A DNA stretch of 64,000 nt from Candidatus Latescibacterota bacterium (GCA_965203175.1 OZ241867.1:6144001-6208000); one strand, 5' to 3'. Positions 29,343 through 38,603 are shown, numbered from the stretch's first letter. Notes: a model not told the origin generated them from the sequence alone. Made by a program: numbers and translations.

Positions 29343-29755
29343 GTCGGATGCCTAGGCGCAAATCCCTATACGAAGAGCAAGAATTGAACATGACGCCTTT
29401 GATCGACTGCGTGTTTTTGCTGCTGATCTTCTTCATGGTAACCACGGTATTCAAGCAGCCCTACAGTCTGCAGGTCGTATTGCCCGAAGCGCAACAGGGC
29501 GTGATCGTCGAAGAGAAGAAACTAGTCGCCTCGATCACCCAGGACGGCCGCATGGAAATCAACCGCCATCTGGTGACCTTGGACAATTTGGAGCAGGTTC
29601 TGTTGCGGGAAAAAGAAGGCACCCGAAGTCTGACGCTGGTGGTGCGAACCGATCAGGAGACCCCGCATAAGTACCTACTGGATCTCTTCGAGGTGGCTAA
29701 GCGCGTGGGAATTGAAAAAATACCCCTGGCTACGGAAGACCTGCGAGAAAAATAG
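29339..29755 (+). CDS. exbD: Biopolymer transporter ExbD/TolR, copy 2
   Basis: LNMTPLIDCVFLLLIFFMVTT; VVRTD; GTGA overlap with copy 1. Confidence 0.9.
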   Translation: MSRMPRRKSLYEEQELNMTPLIDCVFLLLIFFMVTTVFKQPYSLQVVLPEAQQGVIVEEKKLVASITQDGRMEINRHLVTLDNLEQVLLREKEGTRSLTLVVRTDQETPHKYLLDLFEVAKRVGIEKIPLATEDLREK

Positions 29756-29839
29756 TTTGGAATTGGACCGCCACGGCGAACAACTCCTCTGCAGACGCCC
29801 ACAGAAATCCACCCCATCTGAATAAATGTAGCCTTCGCC

Positions 29840-32830
29840 CTAGCGTTGCCCTGCCAGCCGCTGACGCGCCCGGTGGATCCCTTGGGCCGCGCCAGCGTGA
29901 TCGGGTACCAAGCGCAATACGGCTTCCCACTGGGCTATTGCTTGCGACCAATTTTTCTGGACCGCATAGACCTGTGCCAGCGCATCCCTTGTATCCGGCA
30001 CCTTGGGATCAAGCTCAATACTGCGCTCAAACGATGTAGTCGCTGCGTTTAAATTTCCCTGCATGGCATAGGCCATGCCCAGATTGCTGTGGACCAGCGC
30101 CAGATCCGGTTTAATCTCCAAGGCGCGCCGGTATGCAGCCACAGCCCGATCATAGCGACCGCTCTGGTGGTAGGCTTGGCCCAGATCGTTGAAGGCATCA
30201 TAGAGTTGCGGATCCAGTTGGCAAGCCCGTTCGTAGGCGCGGATGGCCAGTGCTATTTGGTTGCGCTGGTACAATACCCGTCCCTTACCGTGAAAGGCCG
30301 GGGCGTAGGAAGGATCCAGTGCGATAGCGCGTTCAAAAAACTGCAACCCTAGCGCAAAGCGTCCCTGTTCTACATAGGTCAATCCCAATAGGTAATGGGC
30401 CCGGACATTCTCTGGATAATCGGCGACCTTTTTCTCATAGAGTTCCACCCGATTCTGCACTAGACTTAAACGCTCAAACAGCGCCTGCTCTTTGGCCGCC
30501 TGTCCATGCTGTCCCTTGTTCGCGTATAACTGAGCCAGATGCAAATGCGGTTTGGGATCCCACGGCGCAAGCCGAACCGCTTTTCTGAAGGCGGCAACAG
30601 CGGCCCCTAGCCTATCAGCCCGCAGGTAGGCTAGCCCCAACCAGTGGGCGTACTCCCAGGCTTGTGGTTTCAGCAGAGTCGCCTGTCCGAGTGCCTCGAT
30701 TGCTTCGGGCAGGCGACTCTGCTGCAAATAGACCTTGCCCAGCAAATGGTGAGCATCGGCTCGCGTTGGTTTTATCTGCACGGCCTGTTCCAGCACCTTG
30801 CGCGCCGCAGCAAACTCGCCCAAGCCGGAGAATAGCACCAAGCCCAAGTTGACATAGGCCGGGATATACTCCGGGTCCAGTTCCAAGGCTTTTTGCAACA
30901 TAGCCCGCGCTTCGAGATAGCGACCCTGTTTGAAGAGAGCCTCGCTGGCGCGGCGATAATCTGCCGGTCCCCAATCCGGTGCCCCTGTGACCTGCGGTGC
31001 GATATCGGATGCTCTGATTTGAGAAGCCGATGCTCTCGCAGTCGGCACCACAGCCGGCACTTCATTCCCGGCCGCGATCTGGTCACTGCCTTCGCGTACG
31101 ATCAGATAGCGACGCAGCAGAGGATCGCGGATTACCTGTTTTAGGCCCGAAGGCCAGCGAATCTCCACCTGATCCACACTCGTCGCCCGGCCCAGACCAA
31201 ACAACAGGCGCTCATCGTGCTGACTCTGAAAACCGTACCCGCGCTGCACTTCCTTGGTTTGCACTATATCTCCTGCCCACACCCGCACGCGCGCGCCGAT
31301 GGCATCCTTGTTGCTCTGCACGCCCACCAGTTTTAAGCCCAGCCAATTGTGAGCATTCCCTCCGTCGTTGCGCAACAATGCCGGCCGGCCATTGAGATTG
31401 GTCACCAGCAAATCTGGATCGCCGTCGTTGTCGTAGTCGCCTACGGCTCCACCCCGACTTACCTGTTTGAGTTGCCACCCCGGACCGGCTTGTCCTCCCA
31501 CTTCGACAAAGCGGCCCTGTCTATTTTGATAGAGCAAATTGCGCTGTGCATAGCGCAGGCCGGTCGCGTATTGACTTAGCTGGGGATAGACGTGCCCGTT
31601 GACCGCAAATACATCCTGCCAGCCGTCGTTGTCGTAGTCGAAGAAACCCGCGCTCCAGCCCAGATAGGGTAGTACTGCACCGCCCAACCCCGCTTCATAA
31701 GTGGCATCTACAAATGCGCCGTTGCCTCTATTCCGGTACAGCGTATTAACATCATCCGAAAAATTGGTCACGTATAGATCCAGATCGCCGTCGTTGTCGT
31801 AGTCTCCACCGTGGACGCCCATGCCGGCTTGCGCCCGACCGCCTTCGCTAAAGCCCACCCCCAGCGGGATGGCGGTATCGACTAGGTTCCAGTTCCCGTC
31901 GTTCCGATAGAGGACATTGACTTCCGAGTCATTGGCCACATAGATATCGGCGTCACCGTCGTTGTCGTAATCCCCGAAAACAACGCCCAGTCCCGGCAGC
32001 GGCCGATCAGGCCCTAAGGCCTGAGTCTTGTCCTCGAAGCGATCCCCGCCCAGATTGCGGTACATGCGATCTGATTCCGCTGTCATCCCCTGGGGACCAC
32101 AAAAGCTCTCAAGCCCTTTGTAGAGGCACTTTTTCCATCCAACCGGTGGATTTTCCAGATCAAACGCCAGATAATTGACCACGTACAGATCCAGTAGGCC
32201 ATCCTGGTCTAGGTCTCCGAACGCGGCGCTGGTGCCCCAACCCTCGTCGTCTACCCCCGCCACCTCGGCGATCTGGTTAAAGCGGCCGTCCCCCTCGTTG
32301 CGGTAGAGTCTGTTGGGGCCCCAGTACGTAGCGTAGAGATCCACATCGCCATCGTTGTCGTAATCGCCCACTGCACAGCCCATACCCCAGCCGCTGTAAT
32401 CGACGCCTGCCTGCTGACTTACCTCCGTGAATACTCGCTCACCCGTTGCCGCCTCGGTGCTGCGATAGAGCCGGCTGTGGTTGCCGACCGTCTCGCCTTC
32501 CAAGCGCGTGCCATTGGCAAAAAAAATGTCCAGATAGCCGTCTCCGTCGCTATCGAAAAAAGCCACACCCGCCGATATAGTCTCCAGTATGTACCCCTGC
32601 TCGGGACCACCCGACACATTCTCAAAGTCCAGACCCAAGACCTGCCCTACATCCTCGAAATACACGGCTGTGGTTTCCACCTTGGCCGCATGCGAGACAG
32701 GTCGTTCCGGCGGTTCAGTGCGAGCTATGGGCTCAGGCTCAGGGGCACATCCCGAGCTTAGTGATAAGAAAAAAGCTGTGCCATATGCACAAATTCTGCG
32801 GCACCTGTTAAATGCGATGCAGTGTATCAA
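29840..32830 (-). CDS. CRTAC1-family FG-GAP repeat / ASPIC-UnbV protein with C-terminal TPRs (lipoprotein)
   Basis: Repeated GDYDNDGD; NKDAIGARV...LFGLG...IRWPSG; TPR tail; lipobox LSSGC. TTG 32830 with GGAG RBS preferred over the track start 32875. Confidence 0.88.
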   Translation of the reverse strand: MIHCIAFNRCRRICAYGTAFFLSLSSGCAPEPEPIARTEPPERPVSHAAKVETTAVYFEDVGQVLGLDFENVSGGPEQGYILETISAGVAFFDSDGDGYLDIFFANGTRLEGETVGNHSRLYRSTEAATGERVFTEVSQQAGVDYSGWGMGCAVGDYDNDGDVDLYATYWGPNRLYRNEGDGRFNQIAEVAGVDDEGWGTSAAFGDLDQDGLLDLYVVNYLAFDLENPPVGWKKCLYKGLESFCGPQGMTAESDRMYRNLGGDRFEDKTQALGPDRPLPGLGVVFGDYDNDGDADIYVANDSEVNVLYRNDGNWNLVDTAIPLGVGFSEGGRAQAGMGVHGGDYDNDGDLDLYVTNFSDDVNTLYRNRGNGAFVDATYEAGLGGAVLPYLGWSAGFFDYDNDGWQDVFAVNGHVYPQLSQYATGLRYAQRNLLYQNRQGRFVEVGGQAGPGWQLKQVSRGGAVGDYDNDGDPDLLVTNLNGRPALLRNDGGNAHNWLGLKLVGVQSNKDAIGARVRVWAGDIVQTKEVQRGYGFQSQHDERLLFGLGRATSVDQVEIRWPSGLKQVIRDPLLRRYLIVREGSDQIAAGNEVPAVVPTARASASQIRASDIAPQVTGAPDWGPADYRRASEALFKQGRYLEARAMLQKALELDPEYIPAYVNLGLVLFSGLGEFAAARKVLEQAVQIKPTRADAHHLLGKVYLQQSRLPEAIEALGQATLLKPQAWEYAHWLGLAYLRADRLGAAVAAFRKAVRLAPWDPKPHLHLAQLYANKGQHGQAAKEQALFERLSLVQNRVELYEKKVADYPENVRAHYLLGLTYVEQGRFALGLQFFERAIALDPSYAPAFHGKGRVLYQRNQIALAIRAYERACQLDPQLYDAFNDLGQAYHQSGRYDRAVAAYRRALEIKPDLALVHSNLGMAYAMQGNLNAATTSFERSIELDPKVPDTRDALAQVYAVQKNWSQAIAQWEAVLRLVPDHAGAAQGIHRARQRLAGQR

Positions 32831-32918
32831 GCGTTCTCCATTTCCCGATGCAGTCAAGTACGGCGCGCAATACAATATCCCCTACGATAATCGCTGATGC
32901 GGCCATAGCGCAAAATTT

Positions 32919-33473
32919 TTGATTTTTTCGTACAAACACATGCCCCACTCACCCGTCTCCTCTATAAAGGGAGACAAAGAAAGGCGTCCGTTCTTCGTCG
33001 AAAACGCGGATTTCCTCGGCAAACACGGATTGTTCTACAGCCGACGGATCGCCGACCCAGATTTCGGCGCTAAGTTTATCGGCAAAGCCGGGGAATGCAC
33101 GCTCGGCATCCTGACGGCGCAAGACCGAGGCGAAGCCGGTGCAAGACCGAAATTCGGCGTCTTAAAGTTACAGAGGGAAGTATTCCACAATTCGACCGTA
33201 GGTGCGCTAGTGGAAGGCATCTGGGATCGCGGGATGTTTGACGAGCGCAAGACGGTCTGGCGGGGACGGGCGACCTACTTTGCCACCAAGCGCCTCTTTC
33301 TACGCGGATTCGCACAAGACGCTGGCTATCTGGATGAGCGCGACATCAACTTGCTCGCCAGCTATGAGATCGTACCAAAAAGCCGGGTTTATCTGGCTTA
33401 CAACTTAGGCGACACTGCCGCAGAGAGAGCGGAAAAGCTCCGCTTCAAGGTGGCGTATCTGCTGTCCTACTGA
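32919..33473 (+). pseudogene. Truncated, internally deleted DUF5916-family outer-membrane protein
   Basis: Mid-protein motifs ERRPFFVEN, LFYSRRI, GAKFIGK are joined directly to C-terminal strands (INLLASYE...FKVAYL). No signal peptide; only 184 aa. Confidence 0.6.
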
Positions 33474-33501
33474 GCGGTGAGAGAATGGATGCAAAGGCAA
33501 C

Positions 33502-34056
33502 ATGGGAGACGAATACGATCCTACAGATGGGGACTTGGTACGGCGTTTTGCCGAAGGCGATATGGCCGCCTTTGCCAATTTGGTCACCCGCTACCAAAAT
33601 GGAGTTTTTTTGTTCTTCTGTCGCATGACAGGCCGGAGAGCCGATGCTGAAGATCTGGCACAAGAAACCTTTGTGCGCGTCTATGAGTCCCTCCACAGCC
33701 TCAATGATCCGACGCGTTTCCGCTCGTGGTTCTGGGCCATTGCCAGCAACTTATGCCGCGACTACCACAAGTATCGCCAGCACCGGCACCACCTGTCGAT
33801 TGAACGCGACATCGATCTCGACCTTCAACTCGCGGAGATGGGATCGGCGCGGACCGTCGAGTTGGCGAGCAGAATCCGCACGGCGCTTGCGGCGCTTGAC
33901 GACGAACGGCGCTTGGTCGTGGTTTTGCGCGAATACCACGAACTCTCTTACGAAGAGATCGCCGCAACAGCGGGTTGCTCAGTAGGTGCTGTGCGCTGGC
34001 GTCTGCACGCAGCCCGCCAGCAACTGCGGGCAAATCTGTCCGATTTGATTGGTTGA
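33502..34056 (+). CDS. ECF RNA polymerase sigma-70 factor
   Basis: AEDLAQETFVR, FRSWFWAIASNLCRD, LSYEEIA...GAVRWRLHAAR. Confidence 0.92.
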   Translation: MGDEYDPTDGDLVRRFAEGDMAAFANLVTRYQNGVFLFFCRMTGRRADAEDLAQETFVRVYESLHSLNDPTRFRSWFWAIASNLCRDYHKYRQHRHHLSIERDIDLDLQLAEMGSARTVELASRIRTALAALDDERRLVVVLREYHELSYEEIAATAGCSVGAVRWRLHAARQQLRANLSDLIG

Positions 34057-34061
34057 GCACT

Positions 34062-34439
34062 ATGGAACCCGAGAAATCCCACACCGAGGATCAACTATCG
34101 CAACTACTGTCGGCATACGACCCTGCTAGGCCGGAAGACCTCGCCGCAAAGACGCTGGCACGGCTATTGCAAAACGAGCCGGACCGGGAGCGTCGGAGAG
34201 CTTTGCTGAAAGCCTTCGCCGGCCGAGTTGAAGAGTTGCAAAACGGACTGGGATGTACTATCGCCGTCGTGTACATCGGCGACTGCTCGGTCGTCGTACC
34301 TACCTCGGCACTAGCGCGGGACAGTCAGCCGATTCCTTCGATATCCGCATCGAAAGAAATCAAGTCCATAGTGCGCGAAGTCGATGAACGCGAAGTGCCG
34401 GTCGGCGTGGGCTATACGTTTACCATAGACGCTGTCTAA
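34062..34439 (+). CDS. Small hypothetical protein, possible soluble anti-sigma partner
   Basis: Starts 5 nt after the ECF stop. N-terminal EDQLSQLLSAY...LAAKTLARL resembles anti-sigma N-termini; no clear TM. Confidence 0.5.
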   Translation: MEPEKSHTEDQLSQLLSAYDPARPEDLAAKTLARLLQNEPDRERRRALLKAFAGRVEELQNGLGCTIAVVYIGDCSVVVPTSALARDSQPIPSISASKEIKSIVREVDEREVPVGVGYTFTIDAV

Positions 34440-34459
34440 GGAGGCTGTAGAAAGACGAC

Positions 34460-34894
34460 ATGGATAGAGACAGAGCCGATATCGAAGCGATCCACCGCCT
34501 ACTGAACCGCTACCAGCAGGCCCACAGGGAACAAGATTGGGATGCGGTCCGCTCGTGCCACGACGAGACCTATTTTCGCTGGTTCGGGTGTGGATCGACA
34601 GATCCTATGGGCTGGGTGCCCCACCTATTCTTGGTGCAGAGCGAGATGCAGGAATGGGGGGAGACGCGCATGCCCGAGGGCGCTAACTACGAGCAGGAAC
34701 AGCAAATATTACAGACGGACGTTCGCGGCAATATGGCCATATCCGTAGTGCGGGAATCGGGGTGCTGGAGTTCGGATACTGGTCAGGTATACTCTCGATG
34801 GGACGATTGCCAAAACGTGTGGTTCACGGGCCGTATCAAGGGCGAGTGGAAGATTGTGGGTGCCTTCTTTCCCGATATAACACCCTCCAAATAG
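34460..34894 (+). CDS. SnoaL/NTF2-like (DUF4440-type) protein
   Basis: AAGGAGG RBS; DIEAIHRLLNRYQQA...VRGNMA...GEWKIV. Confidence 0.75.
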   Translation: MDRDRADIEAIHRLLNRYQQAHREQDWDAVRSCHDETYFRWFGCGSTDPMGWVPHLFLVQSEMQEWGETRMPEGANYEQEQQILQTDVRGNMAISVVRESGCWSSDTGQVYSRWDDCQNVWFTGRIKGEWKIVGAFFPDITPSK

Positions 34895-34898
34895 GGGC

Positions 34899-35045
34899 CT
34901 GTACAAGCTCGCCAGAAGCGAAAAGTTAGCTCAGCTCGCTCGCCCCGAAACACGACTACTGACGATACCCGTTATGCCAGTGCCTCGCTCAATTCCTGCG
35001 GGCTTTACATCACAACAGCCTTATCACCCCGCTTTGGCCATCAAT
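34899..35045. repeat. Direct repeat A, left copy (~145 bp; partner 36090-36233)
   Basis: Collinear with the partner from TACAAGC..CCAGAAGC.AAAAGTTAG to CAGCCTTATCACCCCGCTTTG.CCATCAAT; roughly 80-85% identity by hand alignment. Confidence 0.9.
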
Positions 35046-35080
35046 CAGGTATCTACCTAAACACCGAAGGAGAAGAAGAG

Positions 35081-35491
35081 ATGGCAGCTATCCACCACAT
35101 CCGGTTATCAGTCTCCGATCTAGATACTTCGACGAGATTCTACTCACCCTTGCTAGAAGGGCTTGGATTCCGAGGATTGCCCCCACGGCTGACAGGGAAG
35201 GGCGAGATCGACAGATTGCGATTTGAGAAAGACGGGACGGTCCTGCTGATCGGCCGCACTATGGAAGCAGGTCGACACGAGAGGGAAAAGCCTGGGCTAC
35301 ACCATCTCGCCTTTTCCGTGGACTCACGTGCAGAAGTTGAACGGATCTACGATGAGGTGATCAAAAACCTAGAGCATGTGAATGTCGAAGACCCGCCAAT
35401 CGACTGTCCAGAGTACGGCGAGGGCTACTACGCGACATTCTTCTTCGACCCTGACGGCATCAAGCTCGAAGTAACTTTTACCCCGGAATAA
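35081..35491 (+). CDS. VOC/glyoxalase family protein
   Basis: IHHIRLSVSDL, GLHHLAF, YYATFFFDPDGIKLE. Confidence 0.9.
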   Translation: MAAIHHIRLSVSDLDTSTRFYSPLLEGLGFRGLPPRLTGKGEIDRLRFEKDGTVLLIGRTMEAGRHEREKPGLHHLAFSVDSRAEVERIYDEVIKNLEHVNVEDPPIDCPEYGEGYYATFFFDPDGIKLEVTFTPE

Positions 35492-35657
35492 ATCAGAACG
35501 GAAGGCACTGGTATGATTCGCGATGTGTTGGATGATCTTTTTTCCAAAAAGTTCCTTGATGAGCACCTCTAAAACTTGAGATGAAAGGACACCTTGGGGA
35601 CGCCCACTTCTAATCGCAACCGAGAGGCATAGTCTCCAAAAATTAAGGCCCCTGTAG

Positions 35658-36149
35658 ATGGAAATTAGGATTGCTGAAGTAGATGCAGATTTAGAAATAG
35701 TTGGTAGTTTGTTGATCCAACTCAGACCTAGCTATGACCTACGCACTATAATCTCTCAGATTAAGGCTCAGCAAAAGAGAGGTTACACCGTTGCTTATAT
35801 CAAGGATGATAGTCAGGCTATTTGTGCAGCGGGGTTTGTAATTGAGACCCGATTGGCTTGGGGAAAACACATGTACATTGAAGATCTGATCACAGATGAA
35901 CACCGACGTTCTTTGGGCCTAGGCAAAGTCATGCTAGATTGGCTTAAATCCTATGCGCAAAAAAATGACTGTGAGCAGATCCATTTGGATTCAAGCGTTC
36001 AGAATTTTTCTGCACATAGGTTCTATCTGCGCGAGGGGTTTAATATCGCAAGTCATCATTTTTCGATTGTGAATGGGAATAAGGCAGATCTATACAAGCC
36101 CACCAGAAGCAAAAAGTTAGATCATCTCGCTCCGAAACACGACTCCTAA
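35658..36149 (+). CDS. GNAT family N-acetyltransferase
   Basis: YIEDLITDEHRRSLGLGK, IHLDS, AHRFYLREGF; AT-rich relative to the flanks. Confidence 0.9.
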   Translation: MEIRIAEVDADLEIVGSLLIQLRPSYDLRTIISQIKAQQKRGYTVAYIKDDSQAICAAGFVIETRLAWGKHMYIEDLITDEHRRSLGLGKVMLDWLKSYAQKNDCEQIHLDSSVQNFSAHRFYLREGFNIASHHFSIVNGNKADLYKPTRSKKLDHLAPKHDS

Positions 36150-36233
36150 CGGTACCCGTTACGCCAATGCCCCGCTCAATTACTGCAGTGCCTTACATCA
36201 CACCAGCCTTATCACCCCGCTTTGACCATCAAT
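36090..36233. repeat. Direct repeat A, right copy; includes the 3' end of the PEP-utilizer gene
   Basis: Partner of 34899-35045; spans the GNAT 3' end and the stop codon (36198) of the convergent gene. Confidence 0.9.
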
Positions 36234-38603
36234 TTCGATCAACTGCCCGGTTCTAATCTTCTTGGTCCCGATCAGGGTTCCCACCACCGCCGGCAACCCG
36301 TATTCTCGGGCGACGACCGCCCCATGACACAACGCCCCACCCCTGTCGCTCACTAATCCCGCCCCGACGGCAAAAAGCGGCGTCCAATGGGGATCGGTCG
36401 TACCACAAACCAATATCTCCCCCGGCTGTAGTTGCAACGCCTTGTCCAGATTCACGGCCACGCGCGCACGCCCTCTGACAATCCCCGGCGAAGCCCCTAC
36501 TCCACGCACCTCTCCCTTTGGTGCCTCAAATGGAGTCGAGGGACCCCAAAACAAGTAATCTTCCTCTTCGGCCGGCGGCTCCTTACAAGCACCGAGGAAC
36601 TCTGGCGGCGCTAGTTTCAACCGTCGATCAAACTCCCGTTGGCGTTCGACGACTCGCACGCGCAACGGCTGACGCACGCCGAATCCCCAGAGGATGATTT
36701 CGTTCAGTTCTAGGTATTTGATCTCGCTCCGCTTCTTCTTGAGGATCCCGCCTTTGATCATTCGGCGGCCCAGTTCATCGAAAAGCGGAAATATGTAATG
36801 CGTTGCGATCCCATCGACCCAGTAGTTGTGGTCCTCGGTCAGCGGATAATTGGCCAGAGCTACCTGCAAAAGCTCTTCGAAAACCTCGCGCTCCTGCTTT
36901 TTCAGCAGCGAACGCACGTGTTCAGTAAATTGCTCCCGCTCTACCGCAAGCTGGCGCAATTTCACGTGCGGGTCTTCCACACCCTGCTCGGCGTATTTGA
37001 GGACCAAGGAAGCGAGAAATTCCGGCGAGTCTTTCCAATAGGTCTCTAAATACTGGTCGAAAATTTCTTTGAAGGATCCCTCAAGCCCGTCCCATCTGCC
37101 TTGCTTCTTGCGCGACTGTAAGGCAGCCCTTAGAAGCTCTTCGTTGGCGGGAGTAAGGTGCTGTTGCAACTGCCACAGGAGACGCCCCTTCTCAACGCTC
37201 AAATTTGACTGCCCCTGTACCAATCGGTAGGGTTCGCTTTCCGCGGCATCGGGAAACCGTTGGCGATACCACTCCACCAAGTGCCCAACGGCCTCGACCG
37301 CGGTCCCGCCTAGATGCGCGTGCATTCTCGCGCATTCGCAATACCAAGGCAGTGCTTCGACCAGCACGCTGGCCAACTCGTCGTTGGACAGCGCCGACAG
37401 GTCCAAGCTGCGGAAATAAGCCCGCTTCTGCTTGAGCCCGGGCAACCATTCACTTTTCCAGAGTTCGGGTATCTCGCGCTCCGTTTTTTTGCGAGCCTCT
37501 TCTTGCGCCTTGCGATTGCCGACCCTAAAGGGTTTTTCCGCCTCGTATGCGTAGCCATTCACATAGATCCGCATAGGTAACGTGCCGCTGCCCGTCTCTC
37601 GCCGTGCTTTCGCCCAACCTTGCATCCAATACCATTCAAACGACTGATCGAGCGGCGCTTCCAGACTCCCCTTGCGCCAAGTCAATTCAGCATCTTTGGG
37701 ATCGTCCCATTCCACCGACCAATCTCGTCCATCTTGCACGAGGGTCGTCACCGGACGGCACTGGAGCAAATACAGCTTTCCATCCTTAAAAGCGCATTCC
37801 AAGTCAACAGGCCACCCCATCTGGGCCTCCAGGTCAACCGCGCTACGGCAGATCTCACCGACCTGTTCGTCAGTTAAAGTTGGCCGCGAACGATTGTCTG
37901 CTGGCACGTCGATTTCGATCGTGCCAATGGATCCAGCGGCGCACATCCGCTCTTTCTTGGCCACGCTCCGCGTCTTGATCCGCAATTCCCGTTTGTCCAC
38001 GGTGTACGTATCGGGAACCGAACTGCCATCGACCAACCCTTCTCCCAACCCCCAATATGCGTTGATGACGATCTCGCTTGAGTCGTTGGTGACTGGGTTG
38101 GCGGTAAACGCGACCGCTGAAGAATCCGCAGCGATGAACTCCTGCACGAGAATGGCCAGATTCACCTCGTCCGCACCGGCCCCTGAGTGCTTGCGGTAAG
38201 CGGCGGCATGGGGCCGGTAGGCCGCCTCCACGCATTCGACTATCGCCGCAGCTACGGCAGCCACGCCCACGACGTTCAATAGGGTCTGATATTGGCCAGC
38301 AAAGGAATTAACTGCTCCGTCCTCCGCCACAGCCGAGGATCGGATCGCCACCGCTGGCTCGGAAGTTCCGCAGCGAGCACCCAGTTCCGCGTACGCGGTC
38401 TTGATCTCAGCATAAAGGTCGGGAGGCAGCGCTGCTCCGCCACTCCGCACCGGTACCATTCTCGCCGTCGCATTGGTAGTGATACAAAAACCAAGTGGCA
38501 CTTGTCCGCCACTATGTAGCTGGTTGAGGTTAGCCGCTTTACCGCCTACCAGTTCCCTCTTGCCGCTTGCAGGGTCGTCTAACCAAATAATACTCAAAGC
38601 CAT
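36198..38603 (-). CDS. PEP/pyruvate-binding (ATP-grasp) plus PEP-utilizer His-swivel domain protein, rifampin-phosphotransferase-like architecture
   Basis: VGGKAANL, AIRSSAVAEDG..SFAGQY, GLGEGLVDG, LLQCRPVT; C-terminal GGALCHGAVVAREYGLPAVVG. AAGGA RBS before ATG 38603. Confidence 0.85.
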   Translation of the reverse strand: MALSIIWLDDPASGKRELVGGKAANLNQLHSGGQVPLGFCITTNATARMVPVRSGGAALPPDLYAEIKTAYAELGARCGTSEPAVAIRSSAVAEDGAVNSFAGQYQTLLNVVGVAAVAAAIVECVEAAYRPHAAAYRKHSGAGADEVNLAILVQEFIAADSSAVAFTANPVTNDSSEIVINAYWGLGEGLVDGSSVPDTYTVDKRELRIKTRSVAKKERMCAAGSIGTIEIDVPADNRSRPTLTDEQVGEICRSAVDLEAQMGWPVDLECAFKDGKLYLLQCRPVTTLVQDGRDWSVEWDDPKDAELTWRKGSLEAPLDQSFEWYWMQGWAKARRETGSGTLPMRIYVNGYAYEAEKPFRVGNRKAQEEARKKTEREIPELWKSEWLPGLKQKRAYFRSLDLSALSNDELASVLVEALPWYCECARMHAHLGGTAVEAVGHLVEWYRQRFPDAAESEPYRLVQGQSNLSVEKGRLLWQLQQHLTPANEELLRAALQSRKKQGRWDGLEGSFKEIFDQYLETYWKDSPEFLASLVLKYAEQGVEDPHVKLRQLAVEREQFTEHVRSLLKKQEREVFEELLQVALANYPLTEDHNYWVDGIATHYIFPLFDELGRRMIKGGILKKKRSEIKYLELNEIILWGFGVRQPLRVRVVERQREFDRRLKLAPPEFLGACKEPPAEEEDYLFWGPSTPFEAPKGEVRGVGASPGIVRGRARVAVNLDKALQLQPGEILVCGTTDPHWTPLFAVGAGLVSDRGGALCHGAVVAREYGLPAVVGTLIGTKKIRTGQLIEIDGQSGVIRLV

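Noticed and set aside
28155-29755. Flagellar stator (motAB) or Tol-Pal operon
   Set aside because: The partners are ExbD/TolR type without an OmpA-like domain, and tolA/tolB/pal are not adjacent.
34460-36200. Integron cassette array (small SnoaL/VOC/GNAT genes; CCTAAC at the GNAT stop followed by GTTACGC)
   Set aside because: The two core-like motifs are only ~7 nt apart, there is no attC-length palindrome after each gene, and no intI. The direct repeat explains the sequence better.
36198-38603. Calling this gene ppsA
   Set aside because: No C-terminal PEP-binding barrel; the His domain is terminal.
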